A stretch of 64,000 bases of DNA from Terriglobia bacterium (GTDB lineage: Bacteria; Acidobacteriota; Terriglobia; JAJPHL01; JAPKYU01), in assembly GCA_965223005.1 (NCBI GenBank), contig CBDCVK010000010.1, forward strand, positions 1,216,001 to 1,280,000. The letters run 5' to 3'. Positions 21,501-29,610 of this stretch are shown here, in pieces. How positions within the stretch are numbered: position 1 is the first letter of the stretch; the number at the start of each line of letters is the position of its first letter. The notes beneath the pieces were generated by a model that ran no database searches, was not told where the DNA came from, and saw nothing but the letters and a program-made list of their open reading frames with translations. The position numbers were made by a program, and so were the translations under genes.

Positions 21501-21734
21501 GTCCGAAAAGCCTCGAAGGCCTCCTTCGCGCAGCACCAAATTGCGAGTGTGATCGCGGTAGCTGGCGGTGGGCACCAGCAGCAGCGTTTCGGCCGCGCCC
21601 CCGGCCTGCATCGCTTCGACAAATCTTTCGCGAAGCCGGTGGCTTTTTCCGACGCCAGCGGGACCTAGCAGCAGTTGGCGGTCGGTTCCCTCCCATCGGT
21701 CGGCGCCCGACAAACAGTTCCCTCCATTCGTCAC
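18489..21734 (-). CDS. addB: AddB-like helicase-fold/nuclease subunit
   Basis: GPAGVGKS, EERLLFYVAATR, GRLDRVE..VDFK, Cys set C..CKSC..C; directly upstream of addA. Confidence 0.8.
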   Translation of the reverse strand: MTNGGNCLSGADRWEGTDRQLLLGPAGVGKSHRLRERFVEAMQAGGAAETLLLVPTASYRDHTRNLVLREGGLRGFSDAAVCTFRDLLERLFSESRCGTPGDSLLAGQSDSGPPAELSAARRELLLRRLLRELPLPYLNAVRDFPGFRTALGDALEEARRAGVEPDTLEAVLRNGAPSARHHAFQQLFRAYLTALRQAGANEVQHLSQVFETLASGGLRLRLLLLDEFADFTAEQRALLMALLPHAPVAVVTLTLDPQKRDLFYQAERSRAWLKSLGFRELWIDGNHRPRAESLAAVELGLRESQAEAPAPLWTQEGALSLWAAADRRNEAELIGREILRLGRSSFRYREIGIIARRPGEYLPLLRGVFRHLGIPLRAFVPVSVADTAAGRHLRLCLDLFQPGSRPQSVFQWLKSPYSPLRSRKLVEKFEYRAIARLAEVREGRWEGCVTQGTRLADILERLAAFTSELARLDDASELVAWTLRLWREFTLQGEISDRLRPERALELKAEAVAFRRIESLLGEIAVAAKAEHAGPMSFPEFRELLLSLLARDQFSVRDRRQDAVTLMNPFEARQWELRTVFIVGLVENEFPAPIRDPLFLDDDDRKALEKTGGLALPTTAHRRLEERLLFYVAATRPRDRLYFTYPLSDANGTPLLRSSLLRGLGPLLESPACRKLQWRRSAIACPADMATGTDDLLALTHLELGARASRPQARPEARPEARPQARPEARPQAMSRALALYEELRPLGATRRAASALAPRPGKLQLEAVRTRLRERATLFSASGFRTFAECAFKYFAQESLKLQGPAVPKEIDPQIAGQIAHATIEAWERSGRSRPIGEVLEECFRKKTRDIPPSHLGAKVREELRQCLERFAAFEQQHGDKYRTAIRPEYIELKFGYADGAAALEVTLADHTIIRVRGRLDRVEVVPAGDKKLGLVVDFKYNANAFKKESWDHIQEGLELQFPVYLLALQERFGLVPAGAELYPLKTETLSRCGVYDAALLDQTFQQGPPARAILLDSPQFREMMEHGRQWMKQYAERIRDGEIAVLPKFPHRCKSCAFFDVCRVNQWEFPGQRARAWTR
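19537..19608 (-). repeat. 12-bp x6 coding tandem repeat (RP[Q/E]A) in addB
   Basis: Encodes RPQARPEARPEARPQARPEARPQA. Confidence 0.9.
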
Positions 21735-21974
21735 CGTGATTCTACCGCAGCCCGGGTGGATCTGCGCGGATCGCCTGGCGCGCCGCCTGTAGCTTTGTTC
21801 CTACATCTTGATCCTGAACCCTGCCACGCCATCCGCTGCCAAGACCTGACCTCCGTCAAGACCTGACCTCGGTATTGACGAGGCCCGCGGGAACGGGTCG
21901 AACGGCGAAGAAAAAAATTCCCGCTTGGCTGTGCGACGGAGCTGCGCTATATTCTGCCAAGCACAGATTGCGCG

Positions 21975-22304
21975 ATGAATATCGGCCTCGCAATCCGCAA
22001 CCTTCGCCAGAAGCGCAGCCTCTCCCAGGGAGACCTGGAGAAGCGGACGGGGCTGATGCGCTGTTACATCTCGCGCGTAGAAAACGGGCACACGGTTCCC
22101 AGCATCGAAACCCTCTCCCGGATTGCGCGGGCCCTGGAAACGCAACTGGTGGACATGTTCTTGGGGGCCGACGGCCCTTCCGGCAACGCAGAACCCAGCG
22201 AGCAGGACTTCCTGGAGGAGATGCGGCGCCACCTGCCGGTACTCTCGCCTGAGGAGCGAGAGCAGATCCTGGAAATGATTCGCCGTTTGGCGGGACCCGC
22301 CTAG
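21975..22304 (+). CDS. XRE-family HTH transcriptional regulator
   Basis: LSQGDLEKRTGLMRCYISRVENGHTVPSIETL. Confidence 0.92.
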   Translation: MNIGLAIRNLRQKRSLSQGDLEKRTGLMRCYISRVENGHTVPSIETLSRIARALETQLVDMFLGADGPSGNAEPSEQDFLEEMRRHLPVLSPEEREQILEMIRRLAGPA

Positions 22305-22320
22305 CCGTTACTGGGCTTGG

Positions 22321-23205
22321 CTAACGGGGCGTGGCAACCATCCTACGGAGCATCGCCTTGAGGGCCTTTTCTAAGTCGGCCTGTAGCTCCTTGGCCGCCG
22401 TTGTGGTTTCCTCATCAGGCGCGAGCGCCAGCACCTGCTCGGTGGCCTTGATGGCACGCTTCCGCACCACCTCCAGAACGCTCGGCTCGCCCAGCCCTGT
22501 GCGATCGAAGATGGGAGATAGCTTTTCCATCATGGTGGCCATAGCCAGTAGGAAACGCGCCGGAGGCACTTCAGCGCGGCCCGATTGCAGCGCTTTCTGG
22601 GCTCCGGCAGCATCATCGGCCGAGGTCAACACAGTGCTGACCGCTCGCACCACTCCACGATCCAGCGTTTTGACCTCGACTGGCCTGCGTTGCTCCACTC
22701 CCAGGTCCAACCCGTCATAGACGCGATTCAGTTCAGGCACTGGGCCGGCACTGCCTCTGGGGAAGGGAAACTCCACTACCACCGGCTGCCCGGAAGAATC
22801 CTTGAGGAACGCCTCGGCGGATTCCAACATGTAGAAGGCGTGCCTGCCGGCTTCTTTCAAGTGCTCCGCTTTTTGCCGCAGAAAGGCGGTCTTGTTGGCA
22901 CCGGCACGCTTCGAGCCAGCAGAGTAGGCTTCCGCTATTTCCAGGTGGCCGTGGGCGAGTCCGGCCGTCAGGATGGTTCGCCAAACGCGCGCACTTGGCA
23001 CGTAGGGACTGCCCTCGACTCGTTCCAGTTTCTCCAGGTGCTCGACCGTCTTCTCCAGGTCACCGGCAACGAAGGTGTCCCGGGCCGCCTGGTGCAGCCA
23101 CTCCGGTGAGCCGCGAGCAGGACCGCTGGGAGAGCAAGCGCCAGTCACCAAACAGAAAGTCACCAAACAGAAAATGCCAACCGGAAATAGCGTTCGCTGC
23201 ACCAT
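22321..23205 (-). CDS. Hypothetical helical lipoprotein
   Basis: Long ORF; signal peptide with lipobox-like TGAC. Confidence 0.65.
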   Translation of the reverse strand: MVQRTLFPVGIFCLVTFCLVTGACSPSGPARGSPEWLHQAARDTFVAGDLEKTVEHLEKLERVEGSPYVPSARVWRTILTAGLAHGHLEIAEAYSAGSKRAGANKTAFLRQKAEHLKEAGRHAFYMLESAEAFLKDSSGQPVVVEFPFPRGSAGPVPELNRVYDGLDLGVEQRRPVEVKTLDRGVVRAVSTVLTSADDAAGAQKALQSGRAEVPPARFLLAMATMMEKLSPIFDRTGLGEPSVLEVVRKRAIKATEQVLALAPDEETTTAAKELQADLEKALKAMLRRMVATPR

Positions 23206-23514
23206 GAGCTATGCTCCTTTCCCCGGTGCGAGCAAGGGTCGGGTTCGAGCACAAAAGCTACCGGTATCGCCGTCGTTTAGACTAGACCAATTCGCCTGGG
23301 CGGGCAACACCTCTTCGCCCCCTCACGGAGTCGAGTTGGCCGCCTTGAACCTTCGGAAGGCGGCGTGGCAATTATCCTGGAACTGGCATCTTGAAACTGG
23401 GCTTGCTGCAGACCGACAGGCAAGGGCGATCAGCAGGTTCGAGCTTGACCGGTCCGTGCTTTCTATTTACAGTCTAGGTGGTTCTGGAAGTCTAGTCTGG
23501 CACTAAGAGGGTTT

Positions 23515-23865
23515 ATGCGTTGCACAATATTACAGATCGTCGGAAGGTGCGCTGCCATTCTGGCAATGGGGTGCCTGATCGCTTCACCGGCCGTTGCGGA
23601 GACCTGGGATGGATGGCTCAGCGATGTGGCGTGCAAAGGCCAGGATGTGAGCGCACATCCAGTCAGTTGCATGGTCGGTTGCGCCAAGACGGGGTTCGGA
23701 CTGGTGCAGCGGAACGGTAACTTCCTGAAGTTTGACGAGTCCGGGAACAAAGAAGCGCTGGAACTGTTGAAGGGCACTAAGAAGGATGAGAAGGAGATTG
23801 AGGTAAAGGTTACCGGAACGCTGAAGGGCGGAACCATCGAGGTTAGCTCAATCGATCCTCGCTGA
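23515..23865 (+). CDS. Small secreted Cys/His protein (OB-fold-like)
   Basis: Signal peptide; W.GW.SD..C ... H..SC..GC.K.G; VKVTGT; similar to 47055-47387. Confidence 0.75.
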   Translation: MRCTILQIVGRCAAILAMGCLIASPAVAETWDGWLSDVACKGQDVSAHPVSCMVGCAKTGFGLVQRNGNFLKFDESGNKEALELLKGTKKDEKEIEVKVTGTLKGGTIEVSSIDPR

Positions 23866-24015
23866 AGCATCGAGTCACCGGGCGAGTTCTTGCGGTTCTT
23901 ATGCGACGATGAAGACGCCGAGGTGATGGCCATCGGGCGAGACTGCCGCTGCTTGCCACCGCAAGAGGGCACCGAAGTTCCGGACACGAATCCATTAGAA
24001 GGAGAGCCTGCAAGA

Positions 24016-25725
24016 ATGACCCCACGTCCCTTTATTGTCGCGATAATCGCCCTGGCGGTGCTTCTTGTTACGACCGCGCGCACCACGCCTCTACCGCCAG
24101 CAAAAGCCGACCTCGTCGATCTTACGCTTCTGGTGGCGGCAGACCACCCGGGCACTTGGCCTAAGAACGATTGGCCGCTTTTCCAGATGTCTCATTACCT
24201 TCGTATTGGCCCCAAAAGCCCTTATAACAGTGACGTTTTGCTCCTCGAGGGGAATGTCGGCACGCAACTCGACACGCCGCCGCACTCGATTCCCATGCCT
24301 GGTTCCGGCCTCCCGAACGCCGGGCCGGCTGGCCTCCTGTTCGCGGAAAGCGTCCCACCGTGGCAGTTTGTCGGAGAGGCCTGTGTGATCAACGTTACCC
24401 ACCTGCGGGACCGCGCCGCCAAGGGGCACAGCCCCTTGATCCAAACCAGCGACATCCAGGCATGGGAGAAAAAGCACCGTCCGCTGGGACCAGGCGACGT
24501 GGTGATCTTCGCCAGCGGATATAGCGATGCCTACTACCTTCCCCTGCCCGAGGGCAGGCGGTTTATCGCCGATCCGCTGGAAGGGCGTACGCCCGCCTGG
24601 CCTGACCCCACTCCCGAGGCTATGGAATACGTGGCCAAGCGGGGCGTGATGGCGGCGGCCACCGACAGCCCGAGCATGGGTCCGATTCCCGACTATGCCG
24701 ACCCAACGCATACGGCCGGGCTGAAGTATGGAATGATCTGGACCGAAGGGGGAACTGGATTCGGACAACTGCCGCCGACAGGGGCCTTGTATGGCGTGCT
24801 CTCTCCGAAATACGTGGGCGCCATGGCCACCGAGTCGCGCGCCTTGGCGGTCATCGGCTCGCCCCTGGCGGGGCAGTTGATTGAGTCAGCCCGCAAGAAG
24901 AGGGTCGTGGATCTTTCGGTGATGCTTGCCGACAACCTGCCCTTGTGGTGGCCCGGAACCGGATTCGGCAATCATCGCCAGCGCCTCCTGACGGTGCGGC
25001 ATGCCTATGATCCGAAAACGGAGGCCTCCCACATGGTGCACATCATGGACGCCCACACCGGCACTCATCTTGTGCCGCCGGTCTACTCTTTACCGCCCCC
25101 CGGCTTCTCCAACAGCAGTTACTCGCCCAAGGTGCAACGTTGGCTTGCCGAATACGAAAAACAGTTTGGTCCTCGCGGCACCAGTGAGGTGACCGTGGAA
25201 AAGGTGCCCGTCTCGCAGACCAGCGGGTGGCTTCGGGTCATTGATGTGCGAGGGCTGGCCGGCTCCTCGGACCGCAGCAAGTGGCCTGCGTCTCCCGAAA
25301 TCCGGTCCGCACACGTGGCTGAGTATGAGAAAAAGAATGGGGCGCTGCAACCGGGCGAGATCGTGGTCTTTCAGACCGGTCACAGCCAGCGTTGCGTACC
25401 GTCGGAAAAGGACCCGAAGGCCACCGGCTGCCTTGACGATCCCATCAACGGCCGTATCGAGGGCTGGCCAGCGCCTGGGCCGGAAGTCATCGTCTATTTG
25501 GCCGGCAAGGGGATCCGGGCCGTTGGCATTGATGCGCCCACGCTCGGAGGCGTGGAGCCCCGTCGCGCGCTGATGACCTACTGGGCACTAGGCAGCAAGG
25601 ACATGGCTGGCATTGAGTACCTGACCAATCTTGAACAGCTTCCTGGGAAAGCGTATCTGCTATTTGCCGCGATTAAGGTTCGCGACGCCCACGGCTCGCC
25701 CGGCCGGGCCCTCGCCCTCTACTAG
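24016..25725 (+). CDS. Secreted tandem cyclase-family (kynurenine formamidase-like) protein
   Basis: Two repeats starting VDLT/VDLS, GTQLDTPPH and HTGTH motifs, GSPGRALA end. Confidence 0.8.
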   Translation: MTPRPFIVAIIALAVLLVTTARTTPLPPAKADLVDLTLLVAADHPGTWPKNDWPLFQMSHYLRIGPKSPYNSDVLLLEGNVGTQLDTPPHSIPMPGSGLPNAGPAGLLFAESVPPWQFVGEACVINVTHLRDRAAKGHSPLIQTSDIQAWEKKHRPLGPGDVVIFASGYSDAYYLPLPEGRRFIADPLEGRTPAWPDPTPEAMEYVAKRGVMAAATDSPSMGPIPDYADPTHTAGLKYGMIWTEGGTGFGQLPPTGALYGVLSPKYVGAMATESRALAVIGSPLAGQLIESARKKRVVDLSVMLADNLPLWWPGTGFGNHRQRLLTVRHAYDPKTEASHMVHIMDAHTGTHLVPPVYSLPPPGFSNSSYSPKVQRWLAEYEKQFGPRGTSEVTVEKVPVSQTSGWLRVIDVRGLAGSSDRSKWPASPEIRSAHVAEYEKKNGALQPGEIVVFQTGHSQRCVPSEKDPKATGCLDDPINGRIEGWPAPGPEVIVYLAGKGIRAVGIDAPTLGGVEPRRALMTYWALGSKDMAGIEYLTNLEQLPGKAYLLFAAIKVRDAHGSPGRALALY

Positions 25726-25875
25726 GTTACGTAGAGCCATGACTTTACGGCAAGGCATGAGTCGCCAAGTCTGCCCCAGGCCCGGGGCTCTGATGAGATT
25801 GCGGTTGCCGTTGCATTAATTCGGTGCTAGGTTGCCAGCGGGGTTTCGATCACTGTTCTCCGTGGGAGGTTTACA

Positions 25876-26238
25876 ATGCCTAAGACTCTGGTCACGGGTA
25901 TCCATGGCGTCGAAGATCCGACCAAAGCGGGATTGGTCTTCGTTGTCGCCAAGGGGGCCAAGGAGGCCGGGCATGAAGTTGCCATTGCTTTGGTGGGCGA
26001 TGGCGTGATTGTCATGAAATCTGCCGTGCGCGATAGCATCGTGCCGGTTGGGCTGCCGCCTCTGAAAGAGCTGTTCGCCTTTGCTGTGGGCAACAAAATT
26101 CCCGTATTTGTTTGAGGCCTTTGCGGGAAGGCCCGTGGGGTCTCCGAAGAAGATTTCCAGGGGATCAATGCCTCTTGGATGGATCCTAAACGTTACGCCC
26201 AGCTGGTTGCGGAACACGACCGCGTTGTGAGTTTTTGA
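25876..26238 (+). CDS. DsrE-family protein, probable selenoprotein (UGA 26113-26115 read as Sec; 120 aa)
   Basis: Read-through gives IPVFV-U-GLC-GKARGV...HDRVVSF*, which completes the DsrE fold; RBS GGAGG upstream. Confidence 0.8.
26126..26145 (+). promoter_or_regulatory. Putative bacterial SECIS hairpin
   Basis: GGAAGGCCC-GUG-GGGUCUCC stem starts at +11 after the UGA; apical G at +20. Confidence 0.55.
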
Positions 26239-26283
26239 TACGGGAGGTTCTCGGTGTGCGGCAGCAGCCGGCCCGAACGTCTA

Positions 26284-27579
26284 TCAGGACTCCTCGGTCA
26301 GCGCTTTACCCTCTCCTAGCTTGACGGCTCCTTTGCCCCGTTGCTGCAGCACTAACAACGTAAAAGCGAGGGCCAGTACCGCAGGCAGGGCCACCAGATG
26401 TCGCAATGTGGCCGAGCCCGCCGCAAGCTGCACCGTCGTCCAGTGGGCCGCCTCGGCCGTGCCCGCAACCGCATCTCGCAGCATTTCCACCGTGGTCCCG
26501 AGCGGCAGGGCGCCGGCGAGTTGTCGGTCATAGATGCGGCCGACCAAGGGGAGGCCTGCGCCGGCGGAGGCCATGCCGGCACCGCCGATGAACGCAAGGC
26601 CCAAAGCGCCCGAGACGGGCAAACGTTCCGAGACAAAGCCCAGCAGCGTCGGCCAGAAATAGCAGACTCCCACAGCGAAAATGGCCGCCGCGGCCAACGA
26701 CGTCAGGCCGCGCGCGTAACTCATCGCATAAAGCCCGATAGCCGCGAACACCGTGGCAAACAGAAGCAGCCCGGGGGTGGTTAGCAGCCGCACCATCGGG
26801 CCGACGACCAGCCGGCCCACCATCATGATGCCACTCACCCACACCAGGACCAAGATGCCGGGAACGCCGGAGTTTTCCAGCAACAGCGCGATCCACTGGT
26901 TGGTGCCAGTTTCCGTAGCGGCGGCCAGAACCATGCACAAGATCATGAACAGGAACAGCGGCCGAACGCACTCGGCAAACATTTTGCGCGTCGAGATCCC
27001 CGAGGCCACGCGCTCGGTCGCGGGGAACGGCTGGCGGAAAAACATGAGCCCGTAGATCACAGTGGGCACGAGCAGGATGGCTGTCTGGATTTGCCAGCCG
27101 GCGCCCAGGCGCTGCAGCAGGTAGGCGACCAAGCCGCCAATGACGATTCCGCCGGGCCACCATGCGTGGTACTGATTCAGCTTCTTGGTCTTCTCCTCCG
27201 GATAGAGGGTTGCCACCAGAGGATTGGTCGCTCCTTCCACCAAGCCGTTGGCGATACCGATCAGAAGCGTAGAGAAAACCAGAGACCAGAATCCGACCGA
27301 GGAGATAGTCAGCACCGTGCCCAGGGCGTGGCCGAGCCAGGCCCCCGCCATCAGCCGGCCCATCCCCAGCACGTCACACAGGGGGCCGGATAAGAACAGC
27401 GACAACATGGTGCCCCAGAAGGCGGCGCCGGCGATCCATCCCAACTGCGTGCCGCTCAGGTGAAATTCCTGGCCCAGCTCGCTCATGATGGCGCCGCGAA
27501 TGCCGAACGCCATGGCGGTGACAATCAGCGCTATGCAGCTTGCGCTATACAAGAGCGCTGCGTTGGGCTTGCTCTTCAA
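26284..27579 (-). CDS. MFS transporter
   Basis: About 12 hydrophobic segments, GPLCDVLGMGR motif-A variant. Confidence 0.9.
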   Translation of the reverse strand: MKSKPNAALLYSASCIALIVTAMAFGIRGAIMSELGQEFHLSGTQLGWIAGAAFWGTMLSLFLSGPLCDVLGMGRLMAGAWLGHALGTVLTISSVGFWSLVFSTLLIGIANGLVEGATNPLVATLYPEEKTKKLNQYHAWWPGGIVIGGLVAYLLQRLGAGWQIQTAILLVPTVIYGLMFFRQPFPATERVASGISTRKMFAECVRPLFLFMILCMVLAAATETGTNQWIALLLENSGVPGILVLVWVSGIMMVGRLVVGPMVRLLTTPGLLLFATVFAAIGLYAMSYARGLTSLAAAAIFAVGVCYFWPTLLGFVSERLPVSGALGLAFIGGAGMASAGAGLPLVGRIYDRQLAGALPLGTTVEMLRDAVAGTAEAAHWTTVQLAAGSATLRHLVALPAVLALAFTLLVLQQRGKGAVKLGEGKALTEES

Positions 27580-27742
27580 TAGAGTCCCTCTTTCTCCCCC
27601 GCCGTGGATTTCCCTGGGGTCTCTGACGAAATTCGCCTGCTGAATGCAGACCTCTTGCCTGTTGCAAGGGAACCGCCGTGCCCAGGTCTCCCCGCCCTGT
27701 GCGGATGGCGGACTGGCTTGGCTTCGCTCTTACGACTCCACC

Positions 27743-28630
27743 CTACGAATCCACGCCGGCCATTGCCATCGCCATCGTCCCCAGCGTCGAATAGTCTTCC
27801 TTCTCCCGGCCGGCGGCCATCAACGCATTGACCAGTTGCTGCACAATGGCGGAGACAGGTACGGGGACGTCATAGAAAAGCGCGGTCTCCGTAACGATGC
27901 GCATGTCCTTCTGGTACATCCGCGCCTCAAAGCCGGGGACATAGTTGCGCTGAAGAATGCGCTCACCGTGAACTTCCAGCACCCGGCTGGAGGCAAATCC
28001 GCCCAGCAGGGCCTCCCGCACTTTTGCCGCATCCACTCCAGCTTTTCGCGCCAGGGCAAAAGCCTCGCCTACGGCCGCCAGGGTTCCACCGATGACCAGT
28101 TGGTTGCAGGTCTTGCACAATTGCCCCGCCCCGGATGGGCCAATGTGAACAATCCGCTCTGGATTCCCCATGGCAGCAAAGATGGGGCGCACTCGTTCCA
28201 GCACAGCGGGGTCGCCGCCCACCATAGTGACCAGGGTCGCATTGATGGCTCCGATCTCGCCGCCACTGACCGGCGCGTCCAGCATGCTCGCGCCGCGCGC
28301 CGCTGCCTGCTCGGCCAGTTGCCGCGCGACCACGGATGAAATCGTGCTCATGTCCACGATCACCGTACCGGGCCGCAGACCTTCAAACACGCCCTGTGGT
28401 CCGGACAGCACCAGAGTGACGTCGGACGAGTCGGGCAGCATGGTGATGAGCACCTCGCACTGCCGCGCCACCTCGGCCGGGCTGCCGGCCGCCTTGGCTC
28501 CCGCCGCCACAAGGTCCTCTACGGGTGGCCGGCTGCGGCTGTGCACCACCAGAGAGAATCCTTTCTTAAGCAAGTTCTTGGCCATCGGGCGGCCCATGCG
28601 CCCCAGACCGATGAATCCAACCGTCTGCAT
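27743..28630 (-). CDS. 2-hydroxy-3-oxopropionate reductase-like beta-hydroxyacid dehydrogenase (GarR/GlxR family)
   Basis: GFIGLGRMG, DAPVSGG, GAGQLCKTCNQ, LEVHGER. Confidence 0.9.
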   Translation of the reverse strand: MQTVGFIGLGRMGRPMAKNLLKKGFSLVVHSRSRPPVEDLVAAGAKAAGSPAEVARQCEVLITMLPDSSDVTLVLSGPQGVFEGLRPGTVIVDMSTISSVVARQLAEQAAARGASMLDAPVSGGEIGAINATLVTMVGGDPAVLERVRPIFAAMGNPERIVHIGPSGAGQLCKTCNQLVIGGTLAAVGEAFALARKAGVDAAKVREALLGGFASSRVLEVHGERILQRNYVPGFEARMYQKDMRIVTETALFYDVPVPVSAIVQQLVNALMAAGREKEDYSTLGTMAMAMAGVDS

Positions 28631-28735
28631 CGGCTCCTCCTCCTAAGACGTTGCTCCGCTCTGCAAACAACCCCCGTCCTCTTGCCAGCAAAATGGGGAT
28701 ACAGTATAGTACGCCGCGGTTCGAAACATACTTTT

Positions 28736-29521
28736 ATGCCAGCGCGAAAGCTGGAAAGCCGCGTAGCGGTAGTCACCGGAGCCAGCCGTGGCATTGGCCA
28801 GGCAATTGCCCTCGGCTTCGCCTGCGAAGGAGCGTCTGTCGCGGTGACGGCGCGCACCGAGAGCGCCTTGAAGTCTCTGGTGGAGCGGATCCGGGGAATG
28901 GGGGGCAAAGCAATTGCGATTTCCGCCGACCTTGCCCAAACGGAAGTGCCCCAGCAGATCGTCGAACAGACTGAGGCGAAGTTTGGAACCATTGACATTC
29001 TGGTGAACAACGCGGGGGTGGGCAGCAGCGCCGATCCCCGGCCCATGGTCGAGTTCAACGACGACTTCTGGCATCGCACCCTGGCGCTCAACCTCACCGC
29101 GCCGTACCTGTTGACGAAGGCGGTGCTACCCATTCTGCTGAAGAAAAAGAGAGGCCGGATCATCAACGTGGCCTCGATAGCCTCGAAGAAGCCCTCTCTC
29201 CACGGAGTGGCGTATACAGCTTCCAAGCATGGACTGTTGGGCATGACGCGAGTGCTCGCCCTGGAGGTGGCCAGCGAGGGCATCACGGTGAACGCCATTT
29301 GTCCCGGGCCCGTGCGCACGGAGATGAACGACCTTCGCATGCAATACGATGCGGACCGCCTCGGCCTGAGCGTGGAAGAGCTGGAATCACGCGTGACCCC
29401 CATCGGCCGCCGCTTGGAACCCGACGAAATGGTTCCCCTGGCCGTGCTCCTCGCCAGCGACGAGTCGGGGGCCATTACTGGACAGGGGTTCAACGTTTGT
29501 GGGGGCATGCTAATGTATTGA
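28736..29521 (+). CDS. SDR family oxidoreductase
   Basis: TGASRGIG, NNAG, YTASK, NAICPG. Confidence 0.93.
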   Translation: MPARKLESRVAVVTGASRGIGQAIALGFACEGASVAVTARTESALKSLVERIRGMGGKAIAISADLAQTEVPQQIVEQTEAKFGTIDILVNNAGVGSSADPRPMVEFNDDFWHRTLALNLTAPYLLTKAVLPILLKKKRGRIINVASIASKKPSLHGVAYTASKHGLLGMTRVLALEVASEGITVNAICPGPVRTEMNDLRMQYDADRLGLSVEELESRVTPIGRRLEPDEMVPLAVLLASDESGAITGQGFNVCGGMLMY

Positions 29522-29610
29522 CTCGCCAACTGTCGCCACCTGTCGCCAGAGTGGCAGGGAGTCAGAGGGAACAGCGCGGAGGCCAGATAAATACGGAGGC
29601 CAGATAAATC

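Noticed and set aside
15166-21734. Cas4 or defence nuclease-helicase system
   Set aside because: The four-Cys nuclease domains are C-terminal parts of an addB-addA pair with standard repair architecture.
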